Assembly: GCA_964530955.1 (NCBI GenBank)
Contig: CAZHCL010000003.1
Span: 1,153-65,152 of the forward strand
Reading direction: 5' to 3'
Source of the DNA: Candidatus Woesearchaeota archaeon
GTDB lineage: Archaea > Nanobdellota > Nanobdellia > Pacearchaeales > GW2011-AR1
Length of the DNA stretch: 64,000 nt
The translations under genes were made by a program, and so were the position numbers. This document shows positions 43,233-52,529 of this stretch, piece after piece. Below the pieces are notes generated by a model, which worked only from the letters and a program-made list of their open reading frames with translations, did no database searches and was not told the DNA's origin. Numbering within the stretch: the stretch's first letter is position 1; each line of letters opens with the position of its first letter.

Positions 43233-45275
43233 ATGAAAAAGAGGGTGTTAAAGTCGCTTTTAGCAGTATTGCTTGTAATTTCTCTAGTTAGCTTTTCCTC
43301 CGCAGAAATATTGCTTTCTCCTTCCTCATCAGGATACAGCATAGGAGATGATTTTTCTCTTAGCGCAACAGTAATTCCTAATTCGGACACAAATGGTTTT
43401 TTCACGGCAGACCTAGTCTGTGACAACAGCAAGATAGAAATATACAGAACTCCTTTAAACTTAAATGCTTTGCAGGAAACTAATCTTACAGTCAATGCAA
43501 CTCTGGATAAGTCTCTAGTAAATAATATTGTTGGAAATTGCTACATAGACGCAAATTTCGGTTCTGATGAAGTAAAAAGTAGTTCTTTTGAAATATCAAA
43601 CAAGATTGACCTAAACATATCCCTTTCAGATTCAACAGTAGATCCTGGCAATCAGTTCACTCTTTCTGGAACAGCCACAAAAAGAGGCAACAATGTTAAT
43701 GGATACATAAACATAACCATATCAGGTATCGGCTACTACTCCTTATCTGAAGTTTCAAATGGAACTTTCTCTCAAGAAATATCAATTCCTGAAAATTTAT
43801 CTTCAGGGATATATGCAGTAAGCTCAGATGTTTATGAAAAAGATTCTCAAGGAAATATAGCAAATGAAGGAACTGATTCTTCAATGTTTATTGTCCGGCA
43901 GATTGCAAAAAAGGCAGATGTTGCGATAAATGCAGTTAACCTAACTCCTCCAGCAAACCTGTCATATATTCCTCTTCTCTATGATCAGGCAGGAAAAGAA
44001 ATGCAATCCTCTCTGATAGTTTCTGTTTATGACCCAAGTGGAAGTTTATATGTTCAAAGAACAGATTTTGAAGGTCAGTCAAATTTACTAAGCGTTCCAA
44101 ATAATGCCTCTCCAGGTAACTGGGTGATAGAATCATCCTACGCTGGTTTGAGTTCAAAAGTTCCTTTTTTTGTTTCAGAAGTTCAAAAAGCTTCTTTCAC
44201 ACTTGACAATCAGACTTTAATTGTAAAGAATGTAGGGAACGTGCCCTATTCAAAGACAGTCGAGATAACTATTGGTTCTGATAAAGAAGTAAAATCTTTT
44301 AATTTAAATGTGGGCGAAGAGCAGAGATTCAAGCTAACTGCCCCCGATGGGAATTATGACATCTCTATAAAAGAAGACGAAACTTCGCTTCCAGTGGGCT
44401 CTGCATATTTAACTGGAAATGCAGTGGCAGTAAAAAGCTTAAACAGTCTATCTAGCGGATTTAGTTCAACCCTATGGATCTGGATTATTGTTATTATAGT
44501 TCTTTTGGCTGTTGCACTTTATTACTACAGAAAAGTCAGAAGTAAATCATACTTTGGAAAGACTCCAAGTTTCTCATCTCCAATAAAGAGAAAATTAATT
44601 CCTATAACACAATCTTCTTTTCCTTCAAAAGAGGTTGACTCCCAAGCCAGAAAAACAAGAATAGAAACCTATGACCCTGAATCCTTGGCCGCTTCTGCAA
44701 GTTCTGCTTCATCTTCCCTTTCCTCAAACGATAACAAGGAAGAAGTAGTTGTCATAGCAGTAAAAATAAAGAATGAACAGAAATTAAAGGACTCTGAAAG
44801 TTCAGCCTACAATACAATTGAACATATTCTACAAAAAGCAAGACTTGCAAAGGCGAAAGTTTATGATCAGGGAGCATTTAAGGTAATTATTCTATCATCA
44901 AGGATAACTCAGAAGACTGAGCTTGAAAATTATGCTTCTGCAGTCAAGTTGGCAAATCAAATTGATGAAACATTGAGAGAATTCAATAAGAAATATGCAA
45001 TAAAGATAGATTATGGAATAGGCGCAAATGTCGGGCAAATGTTCGTTGAATTCGTTGATAACAAAGTTAAATTCACTTCATTCGGGAATACAGTTATTCT
45101 AGCAAAGAATGCAGCCGAAAAAGCAAATAACGAACTTCTTATTTCTCAAGGTTTACACAGAAAAGTTTACAATATTGTCAAAGGCGATGTAACTCCCTAT
45201 GGTCTTTACAAAGTTAATTCAATTTTGGATAGAACCCAACATTCTCAGTTTATCCAAAGGTTCATGAAGAAGTAA
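43233..45275 (+). CDS. Type I membrane surface protein: signal peptide, Ig/CARDB-like ectodomain, one TM, cytoplasmic degenerate cyclase-homology-like domain
   Basis: The signal-like N-terminus is MKKRVLKSLLAVLLVISLVSFSSA. The ectodomain has beta-rich repeats (NVGNVPYSKTVEITIG is CARDB-like). The TM helix is LWIWIIVIIVLLAVALYYY, followed by a Ser-rich linker. The C-terminal DYGIGANVGQMFVEF...FTSFGNTVILAKNAAEKA resembles the RIGIHTG...GDTVN.A.R block of class III cyclases. ATG at 43233, with TATA box TTTAAATA 21 nt upstream. Confidence 0.55.
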   Translation: MKKRVLKSLLAVLLVISLVSFSSAEILLSPSSSGYSIGDDFSLSATVIPNSDTNGFFTADLVCDNSKIEIYRTPLNLNALQETNLTVNATLDKSLVNNIVGNCYIDANFGSDEVKSSSFEISNKIDLNISLSDSTVDPGNQFTLSGTATKRGNNVNGYINITISGIGYYSLSEVSNGTFSQEISIPENLSSGIYAVSSDVYEKDSQGNIANEGTDSSMFIVRQIAKKADVAINAVNLTPPANLSYIPLLYDQAGKEMQSSLIVSVYDPSGSLYVQRTDFEGQSNLLSVPNNASPGNWVIESSYAGLSSKVPFFVSEVQKASFTLDNQTLIVKNVGNVPYSKTVEITIGSDKEVKSFNLNVGEEQRFKLTAPDGNYDISIKEDETSLPVGSAYLTGNAVAVKSLNSLSSGFSSTLWIWIIVIIVLLAVALYYYRKVRSKSYFGKTPSFSSPIKRKLIPITQSSFPSKEVDSQARKTRIETYDPESLAASASSASSSLSSNDNKEEVVVIAVKIKNEQKLKDSESSAYNTIEHILQKARLAKAKVYDQGAFKVIILSSRITQKTELENYASAVKLANQIDETLREFNKKYAIKIDYGIGANVGQMFVEFVDNKVKFTSFGNTVILAKNAAEKANNELLISQGLHRKVYNIVKGDVTPYGLYKVNSILDRTQHSQFIQRFMKK

Positions 45276-45313
45276 TTCATTACATTTAAAAGGTATTTTT
45301 TGTTCGTTCATTA

Positions 45314-45787
45314 ATGGAAAATAAATCTGTAGGATGGATAATAATAGGCATGGCTGCTGCTATAATTGTGATTATTCTTATTTTCAATTCAGCATTACAT
45401 GATATAGTTAAATCAAGCTGCGGCGAACTTCATTCATTAGTCTGTCCCATGAATAATACAATAAGTGAACAAACTGGTCTGGCTTTAGCTATAGTGGGCA
45501 TTCTAGTAATATTCGGTCTTGTTCTTATTTTATCAAAGCCTAAGGAAAAAATAATTTTCAAGAAAATAAAAGAAGTTAGAAAAGAGATAGACACTTCACA
45601 TTTGACAAGTGAGGAGAAAAAAGTTCTTAATATCATAAGCCAGAATAAAGCTATTTTCCAGGCAGATTTAATTGAAAAAACAGGTGTAGGAAAAGTAAAA
45701 ATGTCGAGATTGCTTGACAGGCTCGAAGGAATTGGAGCAATTGAAAGAAAGAGAAGAGGAATGAATAACGTAATAGTTCTTAAGTGA
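45314..45787 (+). CDS. Membrane-anchored winged-helix (MarR/TrmB-like) transcription regulator
   Basis: Two TM segments followed by LTSEEKKVLNIISQNKAIFQADLIEKTGVGKVKMSRLLDRLEGIGAIERKRRGMNNVIVL (wHTH). Confidence 0.6.
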   Translation: MENKSVGWIIIGMAAAIIVIILIFNSALHDIVKSSCGELHSLVCPMNNTISEQTGLALAIVGILVIFGLVLILSKPKEKIIFKKIKEVRKEIDTSHLTSEEKKVLNIISQNKAIFQADLIEKTGVGKVKMSRLLDRLEGIGAIERKRRGMNNVIVLK

Positions 45788-45850
45788 CTAATTAGGAAGT
45801 GAAACTAGTTTCATAAAAGCGTTTATATAACTCTTTTTTTATAATCTTCT

Positions 45851-46537
45851 ATGTCATTTAAACATTTTATCAAGGAATTGAATGGTAGCAGGGTCGAAGG
45901 AGAATTAATAATGACTTTCTTCTATTCACTGTTAACTTCATTAGTATTTCTAGTAATAGTCTATTACTTAAAATTAAATCAAATAGAAGGCTTCGTTTCA
46001 AAGTATGGTCTTTTCCTTTTCCTTTCGGCTCTTTCATATGCTCTAATATCTCCAGCAATAAGACAGGTAAGAGCTTACAAAGAGCTTCCTTGCATGTCTG
46101 GAATGATGATTGGAATGACTTTAGGAATGATTTCAGGATTCTTGCCTGGATTTTATTTAGGCGCAACCAATGGAATGTTTGTAGGAAGTGTATTTGGAAT
46201 GATTATAGGAATAGTAATGGGTGCTTGGACAGGTAAATGTTGCGGAATAATGGGTATAATGGAAGGAGTAATGGCTGGATTCATGGGTGGATTGATGGGG
46301 GCAATGAGTTCAGTAATGCTTCTAAACGACCATTTGAAATACATGGCAATCATAGTATTAGTAGTATCTGCTGTAATTACTTTAGGGCTCAATTACATGA
46401 TCTTTAAGGAAACTACGGAATCAGAAAGGCAAAAAAGAGAAGATCATTTATTCACCATAATGATTACTCTAATTTTAATTGCAATAACAACCTGGTTTAT
46501 GGTCTTCGGACCAAGAGGAGGAATATTTTTAGGATAA
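45851..46537 (+). CDS. Met/Gly-rich polytopic membrane protein (possible metal handling)
   Basis: 228 aa. It has repeated GM-rich helices (MSGMMIGMTLGMISGF, GMFVGSVFGMIIGIVMGAWTGKCCGIMGIMEGVMAGFMGGLMGAMSS). It lies immediately upstream of the cupredoxin/CopZ/CopA genes. Confidence 0.45.
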   Translation: MSFKHFIKELNGSRVEGELIMTFFYSLLTSLVFLVIVYYLKLNQIEGFVSKYGLFLFLSALSYALISPAIRQVRAYKELPCMSGMMIGMTLGMISGFLPGFYLGATNGMFVGSVFGMIIGIVMGAWTGKCCGIMGIMEGVMAGFMGGLMGAMSSVMLLNDHLKYMAIIVLVVSAVITLGLNYMIFKETTESERQKREDHLFTIMITLILIAITTWFMVFGPRGGIFLG

Positions 46538-46538
46538 C

Positions 46539-46916
46539 ATGAAAAATACAACAATTTTAGTTATGATCGTATTAATTGTTTTAGGAGTAGGAGCATTTCT
46601 CTATTCTAGTTCTGGAAGCCAAGGAAACAATTCACAAACGAATTCTCAGGATAGTAATGTTCAGAAAATAACTCTCGGAATAAAAAATGCAAATTATTAT
46701 CCTAACACGATTACTGTTAAAGAAGGAGTTCCTGTAGAAATAACTCTTGACAGTTCAGTACAAGGATGTTTAAGGTCTTTCAATATAAATGATTTTGGAG
46801 TTCATGCATCTTCTCAAAATCCAAGCCAAACAATCAAATTCACTCCAACTAAAACAGGAACATTCCGCTTTGCCTGCTCAATGGGCATGGGCTACGGAAC
46901 AATAATAGTACAATAA
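46539..46916 (+). CDS. Secreted or anchored cupredoxin-like domain protein
   Basis: N-terminal TM/signal segment. YPNTITVKEGVPVEITL ... FRFACSMGMGYGTIIV is typical of the cupredoxin_1 domain found in copper-resistance loci. Confidence 0.6.
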   Translation: MKNTTILVMIVLIVLGVGAFLYSSSGSQGNNSQTNSQDSNVQKITLGIKNANYYPNTITVKEGVPVEITLDSSVQGCLRSFNINDFGVHASSQNPSQTIKFTPTKTGTFRFACSMGMGYGTIIVQ

Positions 46917-46934
46917 AAAGAGGAAAAAATTAAA

Positions 46935-47174
46935 ATGGAAAAAATTAGAAATGAAACGATTATTTTTGGAATAATAGCAGTCATAATTGTCCTAGCATTG
47001 CTTTTTGGGTCAACTGGAATGATGGGTTATAGATTTGGATACGGCATGATGGGATATTACGGAGGTTTTTATTCATTCGGATGGATTATTATGCTATTAA
47101 TTATAGTCGCCCTAGTGCTTCTCATATTTTGGCTAATGAAACAAATCAGGTTTAATAAAAAATATATAAAATGA
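46935..47174 (+). CDS. Small membrane protein with GMMGY repeats
   Basis: 79 aa with two TM segments flanking MMGYRFGYGMMGYYGG. ATGA overlap with copZ. Confidence 0.4.
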   Translation: MEKIRNETIIFGIIAVIIVLALLFGSTGMMGYRFGYGMMGYYGGFYSFGWIIMLLIIVALVLLIFWLMKQIRFNKKYIK

Positions 47175-47383
47175 AAAAATACAATCTAAGTATAGATGGA
47201 ATGCATTGCGCTTCATGTGCAAGCAACATTGAAAGAAGTTTGAAAAAAGTGCCAGGCATAAAAAATGTGTCAGTTTCAGTTTTGTTAAAGAAAAGCATTG
47301 TTGAGGCAGAAGATTCTGTTAAAATTGAGCAGATTAAAGAAGCTGTTTCAAAAACAGGCTATAAAGTAACTGCAATCAATTAA
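47171..47383 (+). CDS. copZ: Copper chaperone CopZ (HMA domain)
   Basis: 70 aa with the GMHCASCA metal-binding motif. Confidence 0.88.
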   Translation: MKKYNLSIDGMHCASCASNIERSLKKVPGIKNVSVSVLLKKSIVEAEDSVKIEQIKEAVSKTGYKVTAIN

Positions 47384-47393
47384 TCTAAACAAT

Positions 47394-49352
47394 ATGGAAG
47401 AACATAATACTAATAGCACAGAAATTAGAGAAGCCAGCGAAGATCCTGAAATAAAAAAATGGTTCACTAAACTTATTTGGGCTTGGATATTTACAATTCC
47501 TTTGATAATAATTATGTTTTTTGACAGATTATTTGGAACGAGTATTATTCCAGAAAATTGGATGACTCCAGTAATTTTAATTATCGGATTTCCAGTAATT
47601 TTCATTCTAGGTTGGAGCACAATAAAATCAGGTCTTAAAGGATTTGCAAATTTCTACTTCAGCATGGATTCTCTAATTGCATTAGGCACTATTCTGGCTT
47701 ATTTAACAGGAATTGCAAGTCTATTCTTCAAAATTCAAGATTATTCAGGCATTTCAGCAATGATTATGTCCATTTTTATTACCGGAAAATATATTGAGTC
47801 AAGGGCAAGAGGCAGGGCCACTTCTGAAATAATGAAACTATTACAGTTAGGAGCAAAAAAGGCAAGAGTTCTTCGTGGTAAAGAGCAAATTGAAATTCCA
47901 ATAGAAGAACTAAGGATTGGAGATGTAATGATTATAAAACCTGGGGAAAAAATACCTACTGATGGAATAGTTGTCAAAGGAGAAAGTGCAGTTGATGAAT
48001 CCATGGTTACAGGAGAGTCGATGCCAGTAGAAAAAAGTAAAGGCAGCCCGGTTATAGGAGCAACAATAAATCAGGATGGAATATTATATGTAAAAGCATC
48101 AAAAATAGGATCTGATACTTTTTTAGCACATATAATTCAACTTGTTGAGTCTGCTCAAAGTGAAAAAATTCCAATACAAAAGTTAGCAGACAAAATAACA
48201 AGTGTATTTGTTCCAGTAATTCTTCTTGTCGCATTACTTACGGGAATTAATTGGTTTGTATTTACTCAGGATATGAGCTTAGCCATAGGTGTTGCTATTG
48301 CTGTGCTAGTTATTGCCTGCCCATGTTCTCTCGGTCTGGCAGTGCCCATAGTAATAATGGTAAGCTCTGGAATGGGTGCAAAACACGGAATACTGATAAG
48401 GAAAGGAGAAGCAATTCAAACAATGAAAGAAATAAAATATATTGTTTTTGATAAAACGGGAACTATTACGAAAGGAAAGCCCGAGGTGTCTGAAATTTAT
48501 TCTCTGGTTCCAGAAAAATATCTGCTTACAATTGCTGCAAGCCTAGAAAATCTTTCTGAGCATCCAATAGCGCTGGCGATAGTGAATAAAGCACAACTTA
48601 AGAAATACAAACACGTTGTCAATTTTAGCATAAATAGAGGAAAAGGTATTGAAGGAAATATCGGAAAGAGCAAATATGTAATCGGAAATGAATCTTTCAT
48701 GAAAGAAAAAGGTATTTCTCTGAATAAATTATCAGAAAAAATAAATAAATTTCAATCCGATGGAAAAACAACCATGATAATATCTGAAAACAAGACAGCT
48801 ATAGGGGTAATTGCTGTTTCCGATTCACTAAAGGAAGATTCAATAGAAGCGATTACAAAATTAAATACTTACGGTTACAAAACTGTTATGATTACTGGAG
48901 ATAATGAACTTACTGCAAAGGGAATTGCAAATCAAGTAGGCATTTCACAGGTAATTGCAAATGTCCTTCCAGAAGAAAAAGCGAAAAAAGTATCTGAGTT
49001 GCAAAAAGAAGGAATGGTTGCATTTATAGGAGATGGAATTAATGATGCTCCTGCTCTTAAGCAAGCTAATGTAAGCATTGCAATGGGAACTGGAACAGAT
49101 ATAGCAATAGAATCAGGAGACATTGTGCTCGCAAACGGTTCATTAATCGGAGTAGTCCAAGCAATAAATTTAAGCAAGGCAACTTTTAGAAAAATAAAAC
49201 AAAATCTATTCTGGGCATTCGGTTACAATGTTTTAGCCATACCTTTAGCAATCTCAGGCGTTTTGCATCCAGTAGTAGCGGAGATAGCAATGGCTCTTTC
49301 TTCAATAACAGTAGTCGCTAATGCTAATCTTCTTAGAAAATCAAAAATCTAG
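47394..49352 (+). CDS. copA: Copper-translocating P1B-type ATPase
   Basis: IACPCSLG (CPC), [15 protein letters not shown] and [10 protein letters not shown]. There is no fused N-terminal HMA domain; that function is supplied by the separate CopZ. Confidence 0.9.
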   Translation: MEEHNTNSTEIREASEDPEIKKWFTKLIWAWIFTIPLIIIMFFDRLFGTSIIPENWMTPVILIIGFPVIFILGWSTIKSGLKGFANFYFSMDSLIALGTILAYLTGIASLFFKIQDYSGISAMIMSIFITGKYIESRARGRATSEIMKLLQLGAKKARVLRGKEQIEIPIEELRIGDVMIIKPGEKIPTDGIVVKGESAVDESMVTGESMPVEKSKGSPVIGATINQDGILYVKASKIGSDTFLAHIIQLVESAQSEKIPIQKLADKITSVFVPVILLVALLTGINWFVFTQDMSLAIGVAIAVLVIACPCSLGLAVPIVIMVSSGMGAKHGILIRKGEAIQTMKEIKYIVFDKTGTITKGKPEVSEIYSLVPEKYLLTIAASLENLSEHPIALAIVNKAQLKKYKHVVNFSINRGKGIEGNIGKSKYVIGNESFMKEKGISLNKLSEKINKFQSDGKTTMIISENKTAIGVIAVSDSLKEDSIEAITKLNTYGYKTVMITGDNELTAKGIANQVGISQVIANVLPEEKAKKVSELQKEGMVAFIGDGINDAPALKQANVSIAMGTGTDIAIESGDIVLANGSLIGVVQAINLSKATFRKIKQNLFWAFGYNVLAIPLAISGVLHPVVAEIAMALSSITVVANANLLRKSKI

Positions 49353-49726
49353 ATTTTTATCAGCGCATCTCCATCAAGATAATATCCATTGTGACCTGCC
49401 TCGCCCTGCATGAAAAGAGAAAGAAACTGAGTTCCCTGTTCACTTATTCCTGATTCTCTAGCTTTTTTAATCATATGTGCTTTCAAACATTGGGGGCAGC
49501 ATCCTTTTATGACTTTCCTACTTTTCTCATCGCTAACTAATCTATTCAATGAATTTCTATAGGAATAATCTTCAAGTTCAGCTATAAGATTATCTGGAAT
49601 TATTAATCCCCTTGCCAGACCTTCTATTTTATGTCGAAGAAGGCTTCGTGCAAAGTCACTCGGATAAATCTGACTTTCAGTAGAAAAAGCATATTCAGAA
49701 GCGAAGTTTGTATTTTTTAATCTCAT
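49349..49726 (-). CDS. Hypothetical protein
   Basis: 125-aa ORF with a CCPQC motif. No family recognised. Confidence 0.35.
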   Translation of the reverse strand: MRLKNTNFASEYAFSTESQIYPSDFARSLLRHKIEGLARGLIIPDNLIAELEDYSYRNSLNRLVSDEKSRKVIKGCCPQCLKAHMIKKARESGISEQGTQFLSLFMQGEAGHNGYYLDGDALIKI

Positions 49727-49895
49727 TTTTATATTGTCCTGCAGTAACCAAAGAAAAATAGTCTTGAATTACCTGCAATAAGAAATAAACACGCAAGTAG
49801 GACTAAGGGACTTGAGATTCTTGTTCATCCACTTATTCATTGTCATACTTTGCATATTAAAATTAGAACTCTGTTATTTATATATCTTGCGCTTC

Positions 49896-50426
49896 TTATT
49901 TTTTATCCCAGAGAAGTTTTGTATATCCTTCTTTCACAATATCTTTATTTGCTATTCCTAATTTCTTTATAACCTCAAGGACTTCTTTCTTTGCAGATTC
50001 CATATTCTTAGGAGTGGCAAGATATTCAACCTCAACAAACCATCCTAATTTCTTAACATGATTCAGCTCTATATGAAAATTCTTTTTTATTTCATAAAGC
50101 TCAGTATATTTTTCTTTTGTAAGCCATTTTTTAAAACCAAACTCATTAATCAATTTGATAAAACTTTCAATGTCAGGAACTTTAAACTCAGTTTCTTTCT
50201 TTGCATAAACTCCATTTTCATAAAATATTCTTTGCTTAAAATTAATTTCATGGAATCCAGAACGCTTTCTTACTCTCAGACTTTTTTTAGGATAATTTTT
50301 AGTATTTTCAAGAGTGTAATAATCATCAATCTTCCTTTCCTTGCCCTTGTAATGTCCTATTTTTTGGGCAAGAACTCTGAATCTCTCAGGATTTATTATT
50401 CTGGCCTTAGACTCAACTTCTATCAT
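49896..50426 (-). CDS. CYTH-domain protein (CyaB-like adenylyl cyclase / triphosphatase)
   Basis: MIEVESKARI carries the ExExK signature. 176 aa. TATA box (revcomp TTTAAATA) at 50448-50455. Confidence 0.75.
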   Translation of the reverse strand: MIEVESKARIINPERFRVLAQKIGHYKGKERKIDDYYTLENTKNYPKKSLRVRKRSGFHEINFKQRIFYENGVYAKKETEFKVPDIESFIKLINEFGFKKWLTKEKYTELYEIKKNFHIELNHVKKLGWFVEVEYLATPKNMESAKKEVLEVIKKLGIANKDIVKEGYTKLLWDKK

Positions 50427-50447
50427 ACATATAAATGGAAAACAAGT

Positions 50448-50455
50448 TATTTAAA
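50448..50455 (-). promoter_or_regulatory. TATA box (TTTAAATA on minus strand) for the CYTH gene
   Basis: 21-nt spacer to the ATG at 50426. Confidence 0.55.
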
Positions 50456-50476
50456 GTTTTATTAAAAGGAAAATTA

Positions 50477-52075
50477 TCAATCCATTCCGTCGTAATTATT
50501 AGGAAGTGCTTTGCTGGAGAGGTTTTTGCTAACCAAAACATCATCTATTCTCAAAATCATCTGCGCCACTTCTGAAGCAGATTGTATTGCCTGAAGTTTA
50601 ACTTTGATTGGTTCTATAATTCCAGCAATAAAAGTATCTTCTATTCTATCTTTTATCAAGTTTAATCCTTCTCTCATTGCTCCGGCTTCGTGTCTTCTCT
50701 TAAGTTCAGTAATTGTATCTATAGGGTCCAATCCAGCATTTTCTGCAAGGGTCTCAGGAATGGACTCTAAAGAATTTGCGAATTCTTCAATAGCCAATTG
50801 TTCTCTTCCACCGAGAGTTTTAGCATAAGCTTTAAGTCTTTTAGATAATTCTATTTCAACTGCTCCCCCTCCAGGAAGAACTTTATGACTTTTTACAGCG
50901 GAAATAACATCTCCCAATCCATCTTTGATAGCTCTTTCAACCTCATCAATAACATGCCCGCTTGAACCTCTCACTATAATAGTAATTACTTTAGGATTTT
51001 TGCATCCGATTATGTAGGTCAGTGATTCATCACCTTTTCTGATTTCATCAATATTTTCAGCAAAACCAAAATCTTTTTCACTAATGTCATTAATGTTTGA
51101 AACTATTTTAGCAGAAGTTGCTCTTGAAATCTTTTCCATGTCGCTTTTTGAGACTCTTCTGCATGCAAATATTCCTGCTTTTGCAAAATAATACTGAGCA
51201 ACATCATCTATTCCTTTCTGGCAGAAGACGGCTGTTGCTCTAGTGCTTATAATTTTTTCAGTTAGATTTTTTAGATATCTTTCTTCCGAATTGACAAAAC
51301 TCTCAAGCTGTTCAGGGGTTGAAATTGAAATTCTTGTCTCTGTTTCAGGATTCTTAAGTTCGATAGGGAAGTCAACCAAAAGAATTTTGGCATTTTTAAC
51401 TGAGGAAGGCATTTCAGCGTTAGCTCTCTCCTTGTCAATAACTACCCCAGATATTAATTCGCTTTCGTCAACGCTATCTCCTGAAATTTTCTGTATCTTT
51501 ATATTTTCTTCGCTGGTTGTTTGTCCCGAAGAAACAGCATCAACTGCAGCCACTATTAATTCAGATAATTTTTCTCTACTACCTTCAGCTCCTTTTCCAG
51601 TCATTGCAGTCATTGCAATCTGCTTTAATGTATTTTTTTCAGTCAAGGGCAAAGCTATTTCTTCCAAAATCTCCTTGGATTTTTCAGCAGCCATTCTATA
51701 TCCTTTAACAATTACAGTAGGATGTATCTTTCTATCTAGCAGCTTTTCAGCATTTTCAAGCAGTTTTCCTACAAGAAGAGCAACAGTAGTTGTTCCATCT
51801 CCAACTTCTAATTCTTGAGTTTTAGCTATTTCAACAATCATCTTCGCAGCAGGGTGATCTATCTCCATCTCTTCAAGTATAGTGACTCCATCATTGGTAA
51901 TGATGATATTCCCAGAAGAATCAACAAGCATTTTGTCCATTCCCTTAGGGCCGAGAGTAGTTTTAACTATATCAGCAATAACCTTAGCCGCGAGTATATT
52001 ATTCCTTTGAGCGTCTTTTCCAATAGTTCTAGAAACACTTTCAGGCATAACATAGCCTGGTTGCTTTTCTTCCAT
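50477..52075 (-). CDS. ths: Thermosome subunit (group II chaperonin)
   Basis: [22 protein letters not shown] and [12 protein letters not shown] (ATP site). 532 aa. Confidence 0.93.
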   Translation of the reverse strand: MEEKQPGYVMPESVSRTIGKDAQRNNILAAKVIADIVKTTLGPKGMDKMLVDSSGNIIITNDGVTILEEMEIDHPAAKMIVEIAKTQELEVGDGTTTVALLVGKLLENAEKLLDRKIHPTVIVKGYRMAAEKSKEILEEIALPLTEKNTLKQIAMTAMTGKGAEGSREKLSELIVAAVDAVSSGQTTSEENIKIQKISGDSVDESELISGVVIDKERANAEMPSSVKNAKILLVDFPIELKNPETETRISISTPEQLESFVNSEERYLKNLTEKIISTRATAVFCQKGIDDVAQYYFAKAGIFACRRVSKSDMEKISRATSAKIVSNINDISEKDFGFAENIDEIRKGDESLTYIIGCKNPKVITIIVRGSSGHVIDEVERAIKDGLGDVISAVKSHKVLPGGGAVEIELSKRLKAYAKTLGGREQLAIEEFANSLESIPETLAENAGLDPIDTITELKRRHEAGAMREGLNLIKDRIEDTFIAGIIEPIKVKLQAIQSASEVAQMILRIDDVLVSKNLSSKALPNNYDGMD

Positions 52076-52096
52076 GAAAATACAGACAGAATTGAT

Positions 52097-52104
52097 TTTT
52101 TAAA
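52097..52104 (-). promoter_or_regulatory. TATA box (TTTAAAAA on minus strand) for the thermosome gene
   Basis: 21-nt spacer to the ATG at 52075. Confidence 0.55.
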
Positions 52105-52166
52105 AGTTTATGTGTTCAACTATATACTTAAAATTCTAAAAATAAGAAAAAATAAAAAATAAAAAC

Positions 52167-52286
52167 TTACCAGCCGTCGCCTTCTTCATCATCAGGGTTT
52201 TCGTCAGAGTCTTCTTCTTCAACCTCTGGATCGTCAAGCTCTTCGTCAGAAGGCTTTTTACCCTTAACCTGTCTTTTTTTATCCAT
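52167..52286 (-). CDS. Possible 39-aa highly acidic micro-protein
   Basis: My translation is MDKKRQVKGKKPSDEELDDPEVEEEDSDENPDDEEGDGW. It is below the ORF-track size cutoff and sits in an otherwise empty 454-bp intergenic region. There is no canonical TATA box at 21 nt. Confidence 0.2.
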   Translation of the reverse strand: MDKKRQVKGKKPSDEELDDPEVEEEDSDENPDDEEGDGW

Positions 52287-52529
52287 TTTTGATATCCAAA
52301 TTTAGTTAACAAAAAGCCAGCTATCTATTATTTAAATTTTTCGTTTTTTATCTTCCTGTAATGAAAGAGCTATGGGAAGGAAAACCATTAAACAAGAGGT
52401 AAACAAAAAAACAGCCAACTAGCAAGAGAAGAATTACTGTTTCAACAATCGCAAGGGTTCTATGATTCATTTTGATATAAAATTCTTCCAGAAATAAAGA
52501 ATATAAGCATTTCGGTGTTTTTTGGCTAA

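Noticed and set aside
45296-45301. Oligo-T tracts as archaeal terminators (also 45834-45840 and 61771-61777)
   Set aside because: T-runs of 6-7 nt occur downstream of some genes, but they are also expected by chance in such AT-rich spacers. They sit between the next gene's TATA box and its ATG. The evidence is not strong enough to annotate them as terminators.
51243-51818. 191-aa plus-strand ORF (and other ORFs inside 50604-52162)
   Set aside because: It lies entirely antisense to the thermosome gene, whose identity is unambiguous, and its composition is serine/leucine-rich.
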